From positions 1-35,977 of the forward strand of contig JBBSYJ010000006.1 of assembly GCA_038045305.1 (NCBI GenBank): a DNA stretch of 35,977 nt, given 5' to 3'. Below, piece after piece: positions 19,807-28,334 of this stretch (positions are counted from its first letter, which is position 1; each line of letters opens with the position of its first letter). The position numbers and the translations under genes are program-made. The notes under the pieces were generated by a model. It had not been told where the DNA came from. It did not search any database and saw nothing but the letters and a program-made list of their open reading frames with translations. The DNA is from Nanobdellota archaeon. Lineage in GTDB: Archaea > Nanobdellota > Nanobdellia > Pacearchaeales > GW2011-AR1.

Positions 19807-20175
19807 ATGGAAATACCTTTGTCAGAATTAATAGATAGAATGACTGTTTTAAGAATAAAAGTCCAGAACACTGAAAATCCTAATGTTAAAAAAGAGCTAG
19901 ATCTTGTAGAAGAGGCATTAAGAAATTTTGAAATGAAAAAAGGAAAAATAGACAAGAATCTCATAAATAACTTACAAATAATCAATCAAGAGCTTTGGGA
20001 TTTGGTGGCTGAATTAAGCGATGCCAAAAAAGAAAATAAAAGTTTAGAAGAAATTGGACGAATTTACATAAGGCAGCATATAGCAAACAAAAAAAGAATT
20101 CAAATAAAAAATAAAATTGCGGAAGAAAGCGGCTCAGGATTTAAAGATATTAAAGTCAATTCTAACTTCAATTAA
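19807..20175 (+). CDS. Small helical protein of unknown function, paralog B
   Basis: 122 aa paralog of 15226..15618. The first ~30 nt of the two genes are also about 85% identical at the DNA level. Confidence 0.7.
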   Translation: MEIPLSELIDRMTVLRIKVQNTENPNVKKELDLVEEALRNFEMKKGKIDKNLINNLQIINQELWDLVAELSDAKKENKSLEEIGRIYIRQHIANKKRIQIKNKIAEESGSGFKDIKVNSNFN

Positions 20176-20176
20176 A

Positions 20177-20884
20177 ATGAGCAAGGAAGATTTTAATCCT
20201 ACACTTAAGAGTTCTCTTAAGAAAAAAGGGTCTATAAAATTCGCTTTAGATGGGATAAAGTTGGTATTTGAATATATTTATTACATTCTCTTTAAATGGA
20301 GGAAATTTCATTTAAACGACGCAACTTACAATTATTTTTATTATCCTTATAATGCCACATGGAGAAATGAAAGAGAAGTTGAAGTTCCAATAGTTTGGAA
20401 TGAAGTAAAAAAATGTGAACCAGAAAAGGTCTTGGAAATTGGGAATGTTTTGTCGCATTATTTCAATGTAAAGCATGACATTCTTGATAAATATGAAAAA
20501 CTTCCCAGAATAATCAATGAAGATGCTACAAATTTCAAGACAGATAAAAGATATGACTTGATTGTAGCAATATCTACATTTGAACATGTTGGATGGGATG
20601 AAAGTCCAAAAGAACCAACAAAAATAATAAAGACTATTGAAAACCTAAAGAAACTTCTATCTAAGAATGGGAAAATTATTTTTACAATTCCAGCAGATTA
20701 TAATCCAGAACTTGATAAACTCATAAAAAAAGGGAAAATAAGATTAAATGAGGTTTATTTTATGAAACGTATTTCAAAAGATAATAAATGGATCCAGATA
20801 GAAGAAAAAGACATAGAAGGAATAAAATTTGAAAGCCCTTTTCCTAGAGCGAATGGATTAATTATTGGTTTTATTAATAAATGA
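20177..20884 (+). CDS. Class I SAM-dependent methyltransferase-like protein
   Basis: The track ORF starts at 20117 and overlaps the previous gene. The ATG at 20177, 1 nt after the upstream stop, gives MSKEDF... NEREVEVP, VLEIGNVLS and DLIVAISTFEHVG resemble methyltransferase motifs I and post-II. Confidence 0.6.
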   Translation: MSKEDFNPTLKSSLKKKGSIKFALDGIKLVFEYIYYILFKWRKFHLNDATYNYFYYPYNATWRNEREVEVPIVWNEVKKCEPEKVLEIGNVLSHYFNVKHDILDKYEKLPRIINEDATNFKTDKRYDLIVAISTFEHVGWDESPKEPTKIIKTIENLKKLLSKNGKIIFTIPADYNPELDKLIKKGKIRLNEVYFMKRISKDNKWIQIEEKDIEGIKFESPFPRANGLIIGFINK

Positions 20885-22429
20885 ATTTGACATCTTATTT
20901 TTTATAGTTCTCAAAATTAAAAGATCATTTTTGTCAAGCGATTTGGTTAATAAAATCATTACAAAATAAATTAACAAAAATAGCAAACCCAATAAGACTA
21001 AAGAAAAGAAGTTTATTGGAATTAAATTTCTTAAGTATAACAACACGCCACCAGCAACAAATGCGGAGAATAAAACCCCAAACATTTTTCTCTTTAAAGG
21101 CAAAAATCCTAAATAATGATAGGTTTGCGCAAAGGTCAAAATGCTATAAATAGTATAGGCAATTGTTGTGGCTATTGCTGCTCCGATAATTCCTTCAGAA
21201 TTATCTAGTGAAAATATAACCGGCTTTGGAATTAATATAAAATTAAGAACTGCATCTATAACAAGCGCTATTAAGATATTAACAAATCGTATCTTTGATT
21301 TTTTTATCATTCCAAGAAGATTCAGACCTATTTCGGACTGGGCATAAAAGAAAAATCCTATTGAAAGGATAGATAAAGCATAGCCCCCTGAAATGAATTT
21401 AGCCCCAAATAAAATATTTAACATCGCTTTAGGAAAGAAAATTGTAAAGAATAACAAAGGCAAGTTTAAAATAAATATCCATTTTCCTACTTGCTTACTC
21501 AAATCTTTTATTAAATTATGATTATTCTTTGAATACTCTTTATTTATTATAGGGAAGAAAAGTTGGACGAACAAGAAAGATGCAAGAGTTAAAGTCGTTG
21601 CAATAGGCAGTGCAGAATCATAAACCCCGACATTTGACGCATTTTTCAAATAACCTAATGAGAAAATATCAACCCAACCAAGCAAAGAAGAGACGAACGC
21701 GGCAAACATTAAAGGGATTGAGTAAGATAATAACTCTTTGCTAATACCTTCATAGTCTGAGGACTTATTAGTTAAATTAGTAAAATATTTAATTGCATAT
21801 TTTCTGCACAAATAATACGAACTAATTAACAATAATAAATATCCGATCACAACTGAAAACCCAATTGAAGAGGAATTAAATCCTAAGAAGATTAAGGTTA
21901 CTAAAGCAATTACTCTTATTAATGGATTAAAAATGTTAATTAAGAAAGAATATTCCGAAACCTTTTCAAATGCCTTCATTGTTCCTAATAAAATTTGGGA
22001 AATTGCAAAAAGCGGGACAGTAATGCTAAATATTTGCAAAAATAAAGTTAAATTATTATTATGAAAGATTCTAGTTGCTAGCTCTCCTGCAGAAAGATAC
22101 ATAATAACTCCAAAAAAGAGACTCAAAAGAACTGTTAACAACAATGCAAATGTAAAGATCTTTTTAATCTTTAAAAAGTCATTTTTCCCTCGGTAAAAAG
22201 AGATATAACGTATTACCCCTTCTCCAAGTCCTACAAGTGAGAAGATAACAAACCACCCAGAGACCATAAAAGAAATTGAGAATAAGCCATAAGTATCCGG
22301 GCCAAAATGTCGTGCAATTATTACTCTGAAAACATAGCTCAATAAACTGGAAAAGATTAATCCAATTAATACAATTATAGAACTACGGGCCAGAAATTTC
22401 AAATTTTTATTAAGTTCTTCATTCTCCAT
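20858..22429 (-). CDS. wzx: Wzx-type oligo/polysaccharide flippase (MOP superfamily)
   Basis: 523 aa with about 14 TM helices. The layout is typical of polysaccharide biosynthesis protein families. The 3' end overlaps the convergent gene by 27 nt. Confidence 0.75.
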   Translation of the reverse strand: MENEELNKNLKFLARSSIIVLIGLIFSSLLSYVFRVIIARHFGPDTYGLFSISFMVSGWFVIFSLVGLGEGVIRYISFYRGKNDFLKIKKIFTFALLLTVLLSLFFGVIMYLSAGELATRIFHNNNLTLFLQIFSITVPLFAISQILLGTMKAFEKVSEYSFLINIFNPLIRVIALVTLIFLGFNSSSIGFSVVIGYLLLLISSYYLCRKYAIKYFTNLTNKSSDYEGISKELLSYSIPLMFAAFVSSLLGWVDIFSLGYLKNASNVGVYDSALPIATTLTLASFLFVQLFFPIINKEYSKNNHNLIKDLSKQVGKWIFILNLPLLFFTIFFPKAMLNILFGAKFISGGYALSILSIGFFFYAQSEIGLNLLGMIKKSKIRFVNILIALVIDAVLNFILIPKPVIFSLDNSEGIIGAAIATTIAYTIYSILTFAQTYHYLGFLPLKRKMFGVLFSAFVAGGVLLYLRNLIPINFFSLVLLGLLFLLIYFVMILLTKSLDKNDLLILRTIKNKMSNSFINKTNN

Positions 22430-22453
22430 ACAATCAAGGGATAAATTTAGTAT

Positions 22454-23188
22454 TTAATCTTTTTTGGAATGATTTTGAGCCACAATAAAGATACTTACTC
22501 CAAAAGGAAAATTCAAATATTTTAGTAAGATATTCTCAAAGAATAAAAGTTTCGTCAATAAAAAGTTTATTATTTTCGGTGTTTTAGCTAAATTGGCTTT
22601 TTTTGAATTTGGTTTTATTAGTTTTTGTGTAAAACGAACCAAAGTTATGGGCACAAAGAGAAAGAAATTCCAATAAGATAATTTTAAGATCTTCCAATCA
22701 TAGAATAGTCTTGAAAAGGATTTTTTATCATATCTTTGATAATGATGATTTATCTCATCGTGACTGCTCCATAGGAAATTAAATGCCGGGCAGAAACAAA
22801 TTAATAATCCGCCATCTTTAAGCAAGGACTTCCAGTTTTTTGCTGCGGCATTTCTATCTTTTATATGTTCAAGCACGTCAGACGCTATAAGAATGTCAAA
22901 TTTCTTTTTAAGTTTTATTTTTTGCGCATCCATAAAAGAGCATGGGATGTTCTTTTCTTTACATATCTCTATTGCGTCTTTACTTATATCAATACCAAAA
23001 ACGTTAGAGTAATCTTCTTTATTTAATTCCTCAATTAAATCACCGCCTGAACACCCAATATCAAGAATTTCTGAGGTCTTGGGTATTTTGTAAATATCAA
23101 AAATTTTTAAGATCATATCACGCCTTGCAACAAACCACCAATGATCTTTTTCAAGGGAGTGATACTTCGCCTCAAATGATTTATCCAT
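22454..23188 (-). CDS. Class I SAM-dependent methyltransferase with a C-terminal hydrophobic tail
   Basis: ILDIGCSGGDLIEEL (motif I) and FDILIASDVLEHI (motif II/III). The C-terminus has WNFFLFVPITLV and FGVSIFIV segments. Confidence 0.8.
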   Translation of the reverse strand: MDKSFEAKYHSLEKDHWWFVARRDMILKIFDIYKIPKTSEILDIGCSGGDLIEELNKEDYSNVFGIDISKDAIEICKEKNIPCSFMDAQKIKLKKKFDILIASDVLEHIKDRNAAAKNWKSLLKDGGLLICFCPAFNFLWSSHDEINHHYQRYDKKSFSRLFYDWKILKLSYWNFFLFVPITLVRFTQKLIKPNSKKANLAKTPKIINFLLTKLLFFENILLKYLNFPFGVSIFIVAQNHSKKD

Positions 23189-24656
23189 TTATCTTTCTCC
23201 AAACATAAAGCCCCTCATATTTTTTATATAATTCAAAATTGGAATATCTAAAATCATCACCAAATGTTATGGCATAATTCACATTATTTAAATTTTCATG
23301 CAAATTATTCCCGTCAATCCCTCCGGCAAACCATATTAAACGCCTTTCATTTATATTTGGAATTGGTTCAAATTTCTTAGATAATATCTTAGAATTGTTT
23401 TCTAAAAATAATTGATAGTCCTGTATGCTTATGAATTCATTAATTCCACTACCCCAATAAATATGTGCTAATTTCCGGTAATCATCATCCAAGTTGCCGA
23501 CAATAAAGGACTCATTCTTAAAATCAACTGCAATTTTGTCCAAATCAGAGGATATAATAGATTCTCGGCTAATTGACGATAAATTTGGATTTTCTGGATT
23601 TTGTAATATGTAAGTTATGTCTCTCCCATCCAAAGTGTTTGGATGGTAATAAAATTGTACTACATATGGAAAGATGAAGATTAAAGATATTACTAATGAA
23701 AATATAATCTGTTTCTTCATTCTTTTTTGATCAATATATTTTATACCAGTTAACAAAAGTATAGGAAAAATAGAAAACACATACCTTACTTGAGGATTTA
23801 TAAAAATTAATAAAAGACATAAAGTGAGAAATATAATTGTTTTTTTATTTTGCTTCAGATTTTCAATAGAGTAATTCTTCCAATAGTATAAAGGTATGGA
23901 AACCAAAATTAACAATAACAATATTATTTTATTAAATAATCCTCCAGCGTAGGAGGTACCTCTACCAAATAAAAAGGCGTTCGCCAAAGTACCAAGGAAA
24001 CTCTTCATAATACTGAAAAGTGCAAAATTAAAAAGATATTGATCAAGTAAAAGTCTCGGCATAATCCCTACAAATATAGCTAAAGACAACAGGGTAAAGT
24101 GGCTGAATTTCTTATTATACATAAATACAAAGGCCATGAACAACCCAAAAAAGATAATTGTGTCCCAAAAGATATAAGATAACCCTAAAGAAATTCCGGC
24201 AAAGGATAAACAATACATATCATTGTTTGTATCATATTTTTTTATAAAAAACCAAGCCCATAAAAGGAAAAAGGAGGAGATGATTATAGGAGTAATCCAA
24301 GGGGATATATACCAAACAGCTGGTGCAACAAGAGATAATAAGATAATTCTTTTGTCTTTGCCGCTTATAAAATACATTGATAAGAGGATTAAGAATATAA
24401 AAATTAAGTTTACAATTTTGAATGCAAAATAATTATTTAGTAAGCCAACTAAAGGGGACATAATAAATCCATAAAAATAAGAGTGCGAGCTTCTTATTCC
24501 TGCGTTATAATCCCCTGAAAAGTATTTTGCGACATCAGAATAATCCCCTATGTCTGTGTATCCATAAAATGAGGTTAAAATTGTTACAATTACCAATAAA
24601 ATTGAAAGTAAAATGATCGCATTCTTGTAAGTTAAGTTAAATTTCCACTCTTTCAT
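23181..24656 (-). CDS. Polytopic membrane protein; candidate GT-C-like glycosyltransferase or Wzy-like polymerase
   Basis: 491 aa with about 11 TM helices. An acidic first loop (YTDIGDYSD) is followed by a ~150-aa soluble C-terminal domain. No diagnostic motif was recognised. Confidence 0.35.
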   Translation of the reverse strand: MKEWKFNLTYKNAIILLSILLVIVTILTSFYGYTDIGDYSDVAKYFSGDYNAGIRSSHSYFYGFIMSPLVGLLNNYFAFKIVNLIFIFLILLSMYFISGKDKRIILLSLVAPAVWYISPWITPIIISSFFLLWAWFFIKKYDTNNDMYCLSFAGISLGLSYIFWDTIIFFGLFMAFVFMYNKKFSHFTLLSLAIFVGIMPRLLLDQYLFNFALFSIMKSFLGTLANAFLFGRGTSYAGGLFNKIILLLLILVSIPLYYWKNYSIENLKQNKKTIIFLTLCLLLIFINPQVRYVFSIFPILLLTGIKYIDQKRMKKQIIFSLVISLIFIFPYVVQFYYHPNTLDGRDITYILQNPENPNLSSISRESIISSDLDKIAVDFKNESFIVGNLDDDYRKLAHIYWGSGINEFISIQDYQLFLENNSKILSKKFEPIPNINERRLIWFAGGIDGNNLHENLNNVNYAITFGDDFRYSNFELYKKYEGLYVWRKING

Positions 24657-26511
24657 TTTCTATGTAAATTTTGTACCATATCTGGAAAATCAACAAAGTC
24701 CAGAGCTGTCTTGAATAATACAAAGGGGACTTTTTGAAATTCGAATTTATTTCTTTTATGTATTTATAATTGAATATCCCTTGTTTTTTAAGGTATTCCT
24801 CAGATAAAAGAGTATGACGCAAGGGCATTAAGTCCTTTGCTATCCATTTTTCTATAGGAACAAAAAAGTATTGCTTTTTTCTATCTTTTGTTTGCTTAGG
24901 AATTAGGCCTTTGAACGTTTCTCTCAAGATGTACTTATCTTTGACAAAGTTCTTTATCTTTAGTTTTTGATCTATCTTGGCTGCTAGCTCCACGAGACGG
25001 TAATCTAGAAATGGAACACGCCCTTCAATTGCAGAGGCCATAGTCATTTTGTCAATTTTCATAAGCAAATCCTCAACCATTGGATTTTTAAAATCAAGTT
25101 CTTCCGTGGAATTAATTATATCTTCTTTATTCAGAATTTTCTTCTCTTCATGTACTTGTGGGATCAATAATTCTTTCTTTTCCTTTTCATCAAATATAGA
25201 AATCTGGGCAGAATATTGCTCAAAGGGATTGTTTGAAAGAATAAATCTTTCCAGACGTTCTTTTCCTTTTTTTCCCAATGAAGAGCTATATTTGAATCTT
25301 TTATTAAGAATAGAATTTGGAATTAATCTAAATAAATTTAGAGCAAATTTTCTAATAAATAAAGGAGTTTTTGAAAGGATTTTGGAATGAAAATTCAGAA
25401 ATTTGTAATGCGCATAGCCGCCAAATATTTCATCAGATCCCTCACCAGTTAAAATGACTGTGCAATACTTTTTTGCATATTTGGACAAAAAATAGATTGG
25501 TATTAAAGTAGGGTCTGCAATCGGTTCATCAGAATGATAAACAATATCTGGAAGTTTTTTTATAGAGGACTCATCTATTAAAAGCTCGTGGTGATCTGTA
25601 TCTAGCTTCTTTGCCAGAAAACGCGCCTCATTTGTCTCTGAATATTTTTGTTCTTTAAAACCGACAGAGAATGTTTTAACTTTTTGTGGTGAGAACTTTT
25701 TCATTAATGAAACAATAATCCCAGAATCTACACCTCCTGAAAGATAAGCCCCATAAGGAACATCACTCATAAGGCGACCCTTTACAGAATCGTTTAATAA
25801 ATCTTGTATTTTCTTAGATAAATAATTTTCAGATGATATCTTTGAGGAAAAAGAAATGTCCCAGTATTTCTTTAATGAGTAAGACTTACTTGTTAAATCA
25901 TAAATTAATAAACTTCCGGGAGGAAGTTTTTTTATTCCTTTAATAAAAGACTCATCTGTTGTATTTGCCCTAAATGTGAGGTATGTATCTAAAGCAGAAA
26001 GATTAACCTCTTTTTTTATTCCTTTGTATAAAAGCAAGCTTTTTATTTCAGAAGCAAAGATAAATTTTGAATCATACGAAAAATAGTAAAGCGGCTTTAT
26101 TCCAACTCTGTCGCGAGCCAAGATAAGTTTCTTATTTTTTACATCGTAAATGCACAAGGCAAACATTCCTTGTAATTGATTAACAAAGTCCAGGCCTTTT
26201 TCTTCATATAAATGCAAGATTATTTCTGTATCTGTATTTGACTTAAATTTATGCTTCTGTTTAAGGTTATTTTTTATTTCCTTATAATTATATATCTCCC
26301 CATTAAATATTATCCAAAGAGTTTTGTCTTCGTTTGACATTGGTTGAATGCCTGATTTTGATAAATCAAGAATAGATAATCTATTATGACCTAAAGAAAC
26401 AGACCTATCCAGGAAAGTTGAAGTCGCGTCAGGGCCCCGGTGTTTAATTTTTTGTAAACAACTTTTTAGTAATTTCTTATCATTCCAGTTAAACCCGATT
26501 ATTCCACACAT
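24637..26511 (-). CDS. asnB: Asparagine synthase (glutamine-hydrolysing) family amidotransferase
   Basis: N-terminal nucleophile MCGIIGF, and the PP-loop YLSGGVDSG. 624 aa. Confidence 0.9.
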   Translation of the reverse strand: MCGIIGFNWNDKKLLKSCLQKIKHRGPDATSTFLDRSVSLGHNRLSILDLSKSGIQPMSNEDKTLWIIFNGEIYNYKEIKNNLKQKHKFKSNTDTEIILHLYEEKGLDFVNQLQGMFALCIYDVKNKKLILARDRVGIKPLYYFSYDSKFIFASEIKSLLLYKGIKKEVNLSALDTYLTFRANTTDESFIKGIKKLPPGSLLIYDLTSKSYSLKKYWDISFSSKISSENYLSKKIQDLLNDSVKGRLMSDVPYGAYLSGGVDSGIIVSLMKKFSPQKVKTFSVGFKEQKYSETNEARFLAKKLDTDHHELLIDESSIKKLPDIVYHSDEPIADPTLIPIYFLSKYAKKYCTVILTGEGSDEIFGGYAHYKFLNFHSKILSKTPLFIRKFALNLFRLIPNSILNKRFKYSSSLGKKGKERLERFILSNNPFEQYSAQISIFDEKEKKELLIPQVHEEKKILNKEDIINSTEELDFKNPMVEDLLMKIDKMTMASAIEGRVPFLDYRLVELAAKIDQKLKIKNFVKDKYILRETFKGLIPKQTKDRKKQYFFVPIEKWIAKDLMPLRHTLLSEEYLKKQGIFNYKYIKEINSNFKKSPLYYSRQLWTLLIFQIWYKIYIENERVEI

Positions 26512-26512
26512 T

Positions 26513-27454
26513 TTAATTATAAATCTCTTTTATAGAATATATTTTCTCATCTCGGAAATAAGTTCTAGAAGTTATCTCAAACAAAAATCCGAATATAATT
26601 GTAATCAGCCCAGTAATTCCAAGCATTGATGCAAGAGCAAGCAAAGGACCGAAAGCTAATTCTTTAATTAAATAGGCCTTTACTATTTGTTCTATCACAA
26701 TTATAGCGGCTAAGATCCATTGATAAATTCCTAATCGACCAAACAAGTGCAACGGCCTATTTGAAAAAGAAGACCAGTATTTTAAGAACATCAAATCCAA
26801 AATTCCGTTCAATCCTCTGTTAAATTTATATTTTGTTTTTCCAAATTTCCTTTGCCTATGATTAACTTTTATTTCTCCAATTTTGTAACCCTTAATATAA
26901 AGATAAGCAGTAATATATCTATGGAGTTCACCAAAAAGTTCCAAGTCCTTTAAACACTCCTTTTTGTAAATTTTAAGAGCACACCCATAATCATGCAAAT
27001 AGTCCCCAATTAAATTTTGCCTTAAATTATTCATGATTCTTGAGGATAAACGTTTTCCTAAAGAGTCGTGTCTTTTATAACGCCAACCGGAAACAACATC
27101 ATAACCTTGTTTTATCTTTTCAATGAGGCGCCCTATATCTTTAGGGTCATTTTGCAAATCTCCATCCATTGTTACAATAAGATCCCCTGAAGAATTATCA
27201 AAGCCGGCCTTCAGAGCAGCCGTCTGGCCAAAATTACGCCTTAAATTAATCCCTTTGAGTTTTTTATCCACTTTTGAAAGTTGCTCTAAAATTTCTTTAG
27301 TTTTATCTTTTGAACCGTCATTTACAAAGATTATTTCATAAGAAGAAATGGTTTTTTTGTTTGCTAATCTTTTTAGTTCTTCCGATAATTCTGAGTAAAG
27401 CGGCCCTACATTTTCAGATTCGTTGTAAATTGGAATGATAACAGATAGTTTCAT
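26513..27454 (-). CDS. Polyprenyl-phosphate glycosyltransferase (GT2, GtrB/Dpm1/ArnC-like)
   Basis: LSVIIPIYNESENV, FVNDGSKDKT, MDGDLQNDP and two C-terminal TM helices, the GtrB architecture. Confidence 0.85.
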   Translation of the reverse strand: MKLSVIIPIYNESENVGPLYSELSEELKRLANKKTISSYEIIFVNDGSKDKTKEILEQLSKVDKKLKGINLRRNFGQTAALKAGFDNSSGDLIVTMDGDLQNDPKDIGRLIEKIKQGYDVVSGWRYKRHDSLGKRLSSRIMNNLRQNLIGDYLHDYGCALKIYKKECLKDLELFGELHRYITAYLYIKGYKIGEIKVNHRQRKFGKTKYKFNRGLNGILDLMFLKYWSSFSNRPLHLFGRLGIYQWILAAIIVIEQIVKAYLIKELAFGPLLALASMLGITGLITIIFGFLFEITSRTYFRDEKIYSIKEIYN

Positions 27455-27505
27455 AAAAAAACGTTAAATTCAAGGTTTAAGAAGATTTGTATATTCGGGG
27501 GAAAA

Positions 27506-27877
27506 TTAGGAAAAAGTGAATTTCTTATTCATAAAAAAATTCCAAATAAGAACTATAAATGCAGCCAAAACTCTCGCAAGAATATAATTAATTCCGACGA
27601 ACTCGACAAAAAAGTACATTAAAGCAAGAGTCCAGATTAACCCCCCAACCCCTATAATCAAAAAAAGCAAATAATTTTTTGCATAACTCTCTTTTCTGTC
27701 ATAAAAAACCCAATTTTTAATAACAAGATAATTTGCCAAAGAAATTAAAGTAAATGAGATTGTAGTAGAAATTAGGTAGTAAATCCCTAAAAAAGAAGTC
27801 AAGAACCATATAAACAAAACATCAAGCAAAGTTGCAATTCCAGAACTGAAGGTGTATTTTATAAGTTTAATCATCAA
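27506..27877 (-). CDS. GtrA-family membrane protein
   Basis: 123 aa with 4 TM helices and the repeated N..xxKxWVF / NFFMNKKFTF signature. Confidence 0.8.
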   Translation of the reverse strand: MMIKLIKYTFSSGIATLLDVLFIWFLTSFLGIYYLISTTISFTLISLANYLVIKNWVFYDRKESYAKNYLLFLIIGVGGLIWTLALMYFFVEFVGINYILARVLAAFIVLIWNFFMNKKFTFS

Positions 27878-28334
27878 TGAACTCCATCTTTCTAAACTTT
27901 AAAAAATCATATATTGAAGATATTTTATCATAACGATCATAATGATAATCATGCTCATGAAGATAATCTAAAATATGATGGAAAAATAATCCATAAAATA
28001 CAAATAAAAAATATTTGGATAAGAATAATCCAAGTAAAAGAAAAATTGACATAAATTCAACCCCGTGAAGAAACCACCACCCAGTATAAGCATTATTTCT
28101 TCGTTCAGAATTTAGTTCAAATAATTTCTTCTTGGCTACAGGAAACCATTTTTTTACTTTAAAAAAATTAAATTGTTTCTTTTTTATTGCAATATATAAA
28201 TAATGGTCCACGTCAATCAACACTGATGAAGCAATTACAATTATCATTCCAGAAATACCAAAATAATTCGACCAAATGGAAAAAAGTAAAACCCCAAACA
28301 AAATTCCCAAAAACAAATGTTGCGACGGATACAT
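27867..28334 (-). CDS. Small His-rich membrane protein (possibly DUF457/YdjM-like metal-dependent hydrolase)
   Basis: 155 aa with 4 TM helices. Conserved-looking IDVDHYLY and FHHILDYLHEHD patches. Confidence 0.35.
   Translation of the reverse strand: MYPSQHLFLGILFGVLLFSIWSNYFGISGMIIVIASSVLIDVDHYLYIAIKKKQFNFFKVKKWFPVAKKKLFELNSERRNNAYTGWWFLHGVEFMSIFLLLGLFLSKYFLFVFYGLFFHHILDYLHEHDYHYDRYDKISSIYDFLKFRKMEFIDD

Noticed and set aside
20117-20176. N-terminal extensions of track ORFs: 20117..20884, 10396..11469 and 13117..14187.
   Set aside because: The extensions overlap the upstream gene, or consume the whole divergent promoter region. They translate AT-rich promoter-like DNA. Internal starts at 20177, 11409 and 14145 give N-termini typical of the respective families.
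24637-26511. AsnB homolog acting as a lasso-peptide cyclase, together with the nucleotidyltransferase/kinase gene at 11482..12351.
   Set aside because: The protein keeps the N-terminal glutaminase nucleophile (MCGIIGF), which I recall lasso cyclases lacking. No precursor peptide, protease or PqqD-like gene is nearby. The context is entirely glycan biosynthesis.
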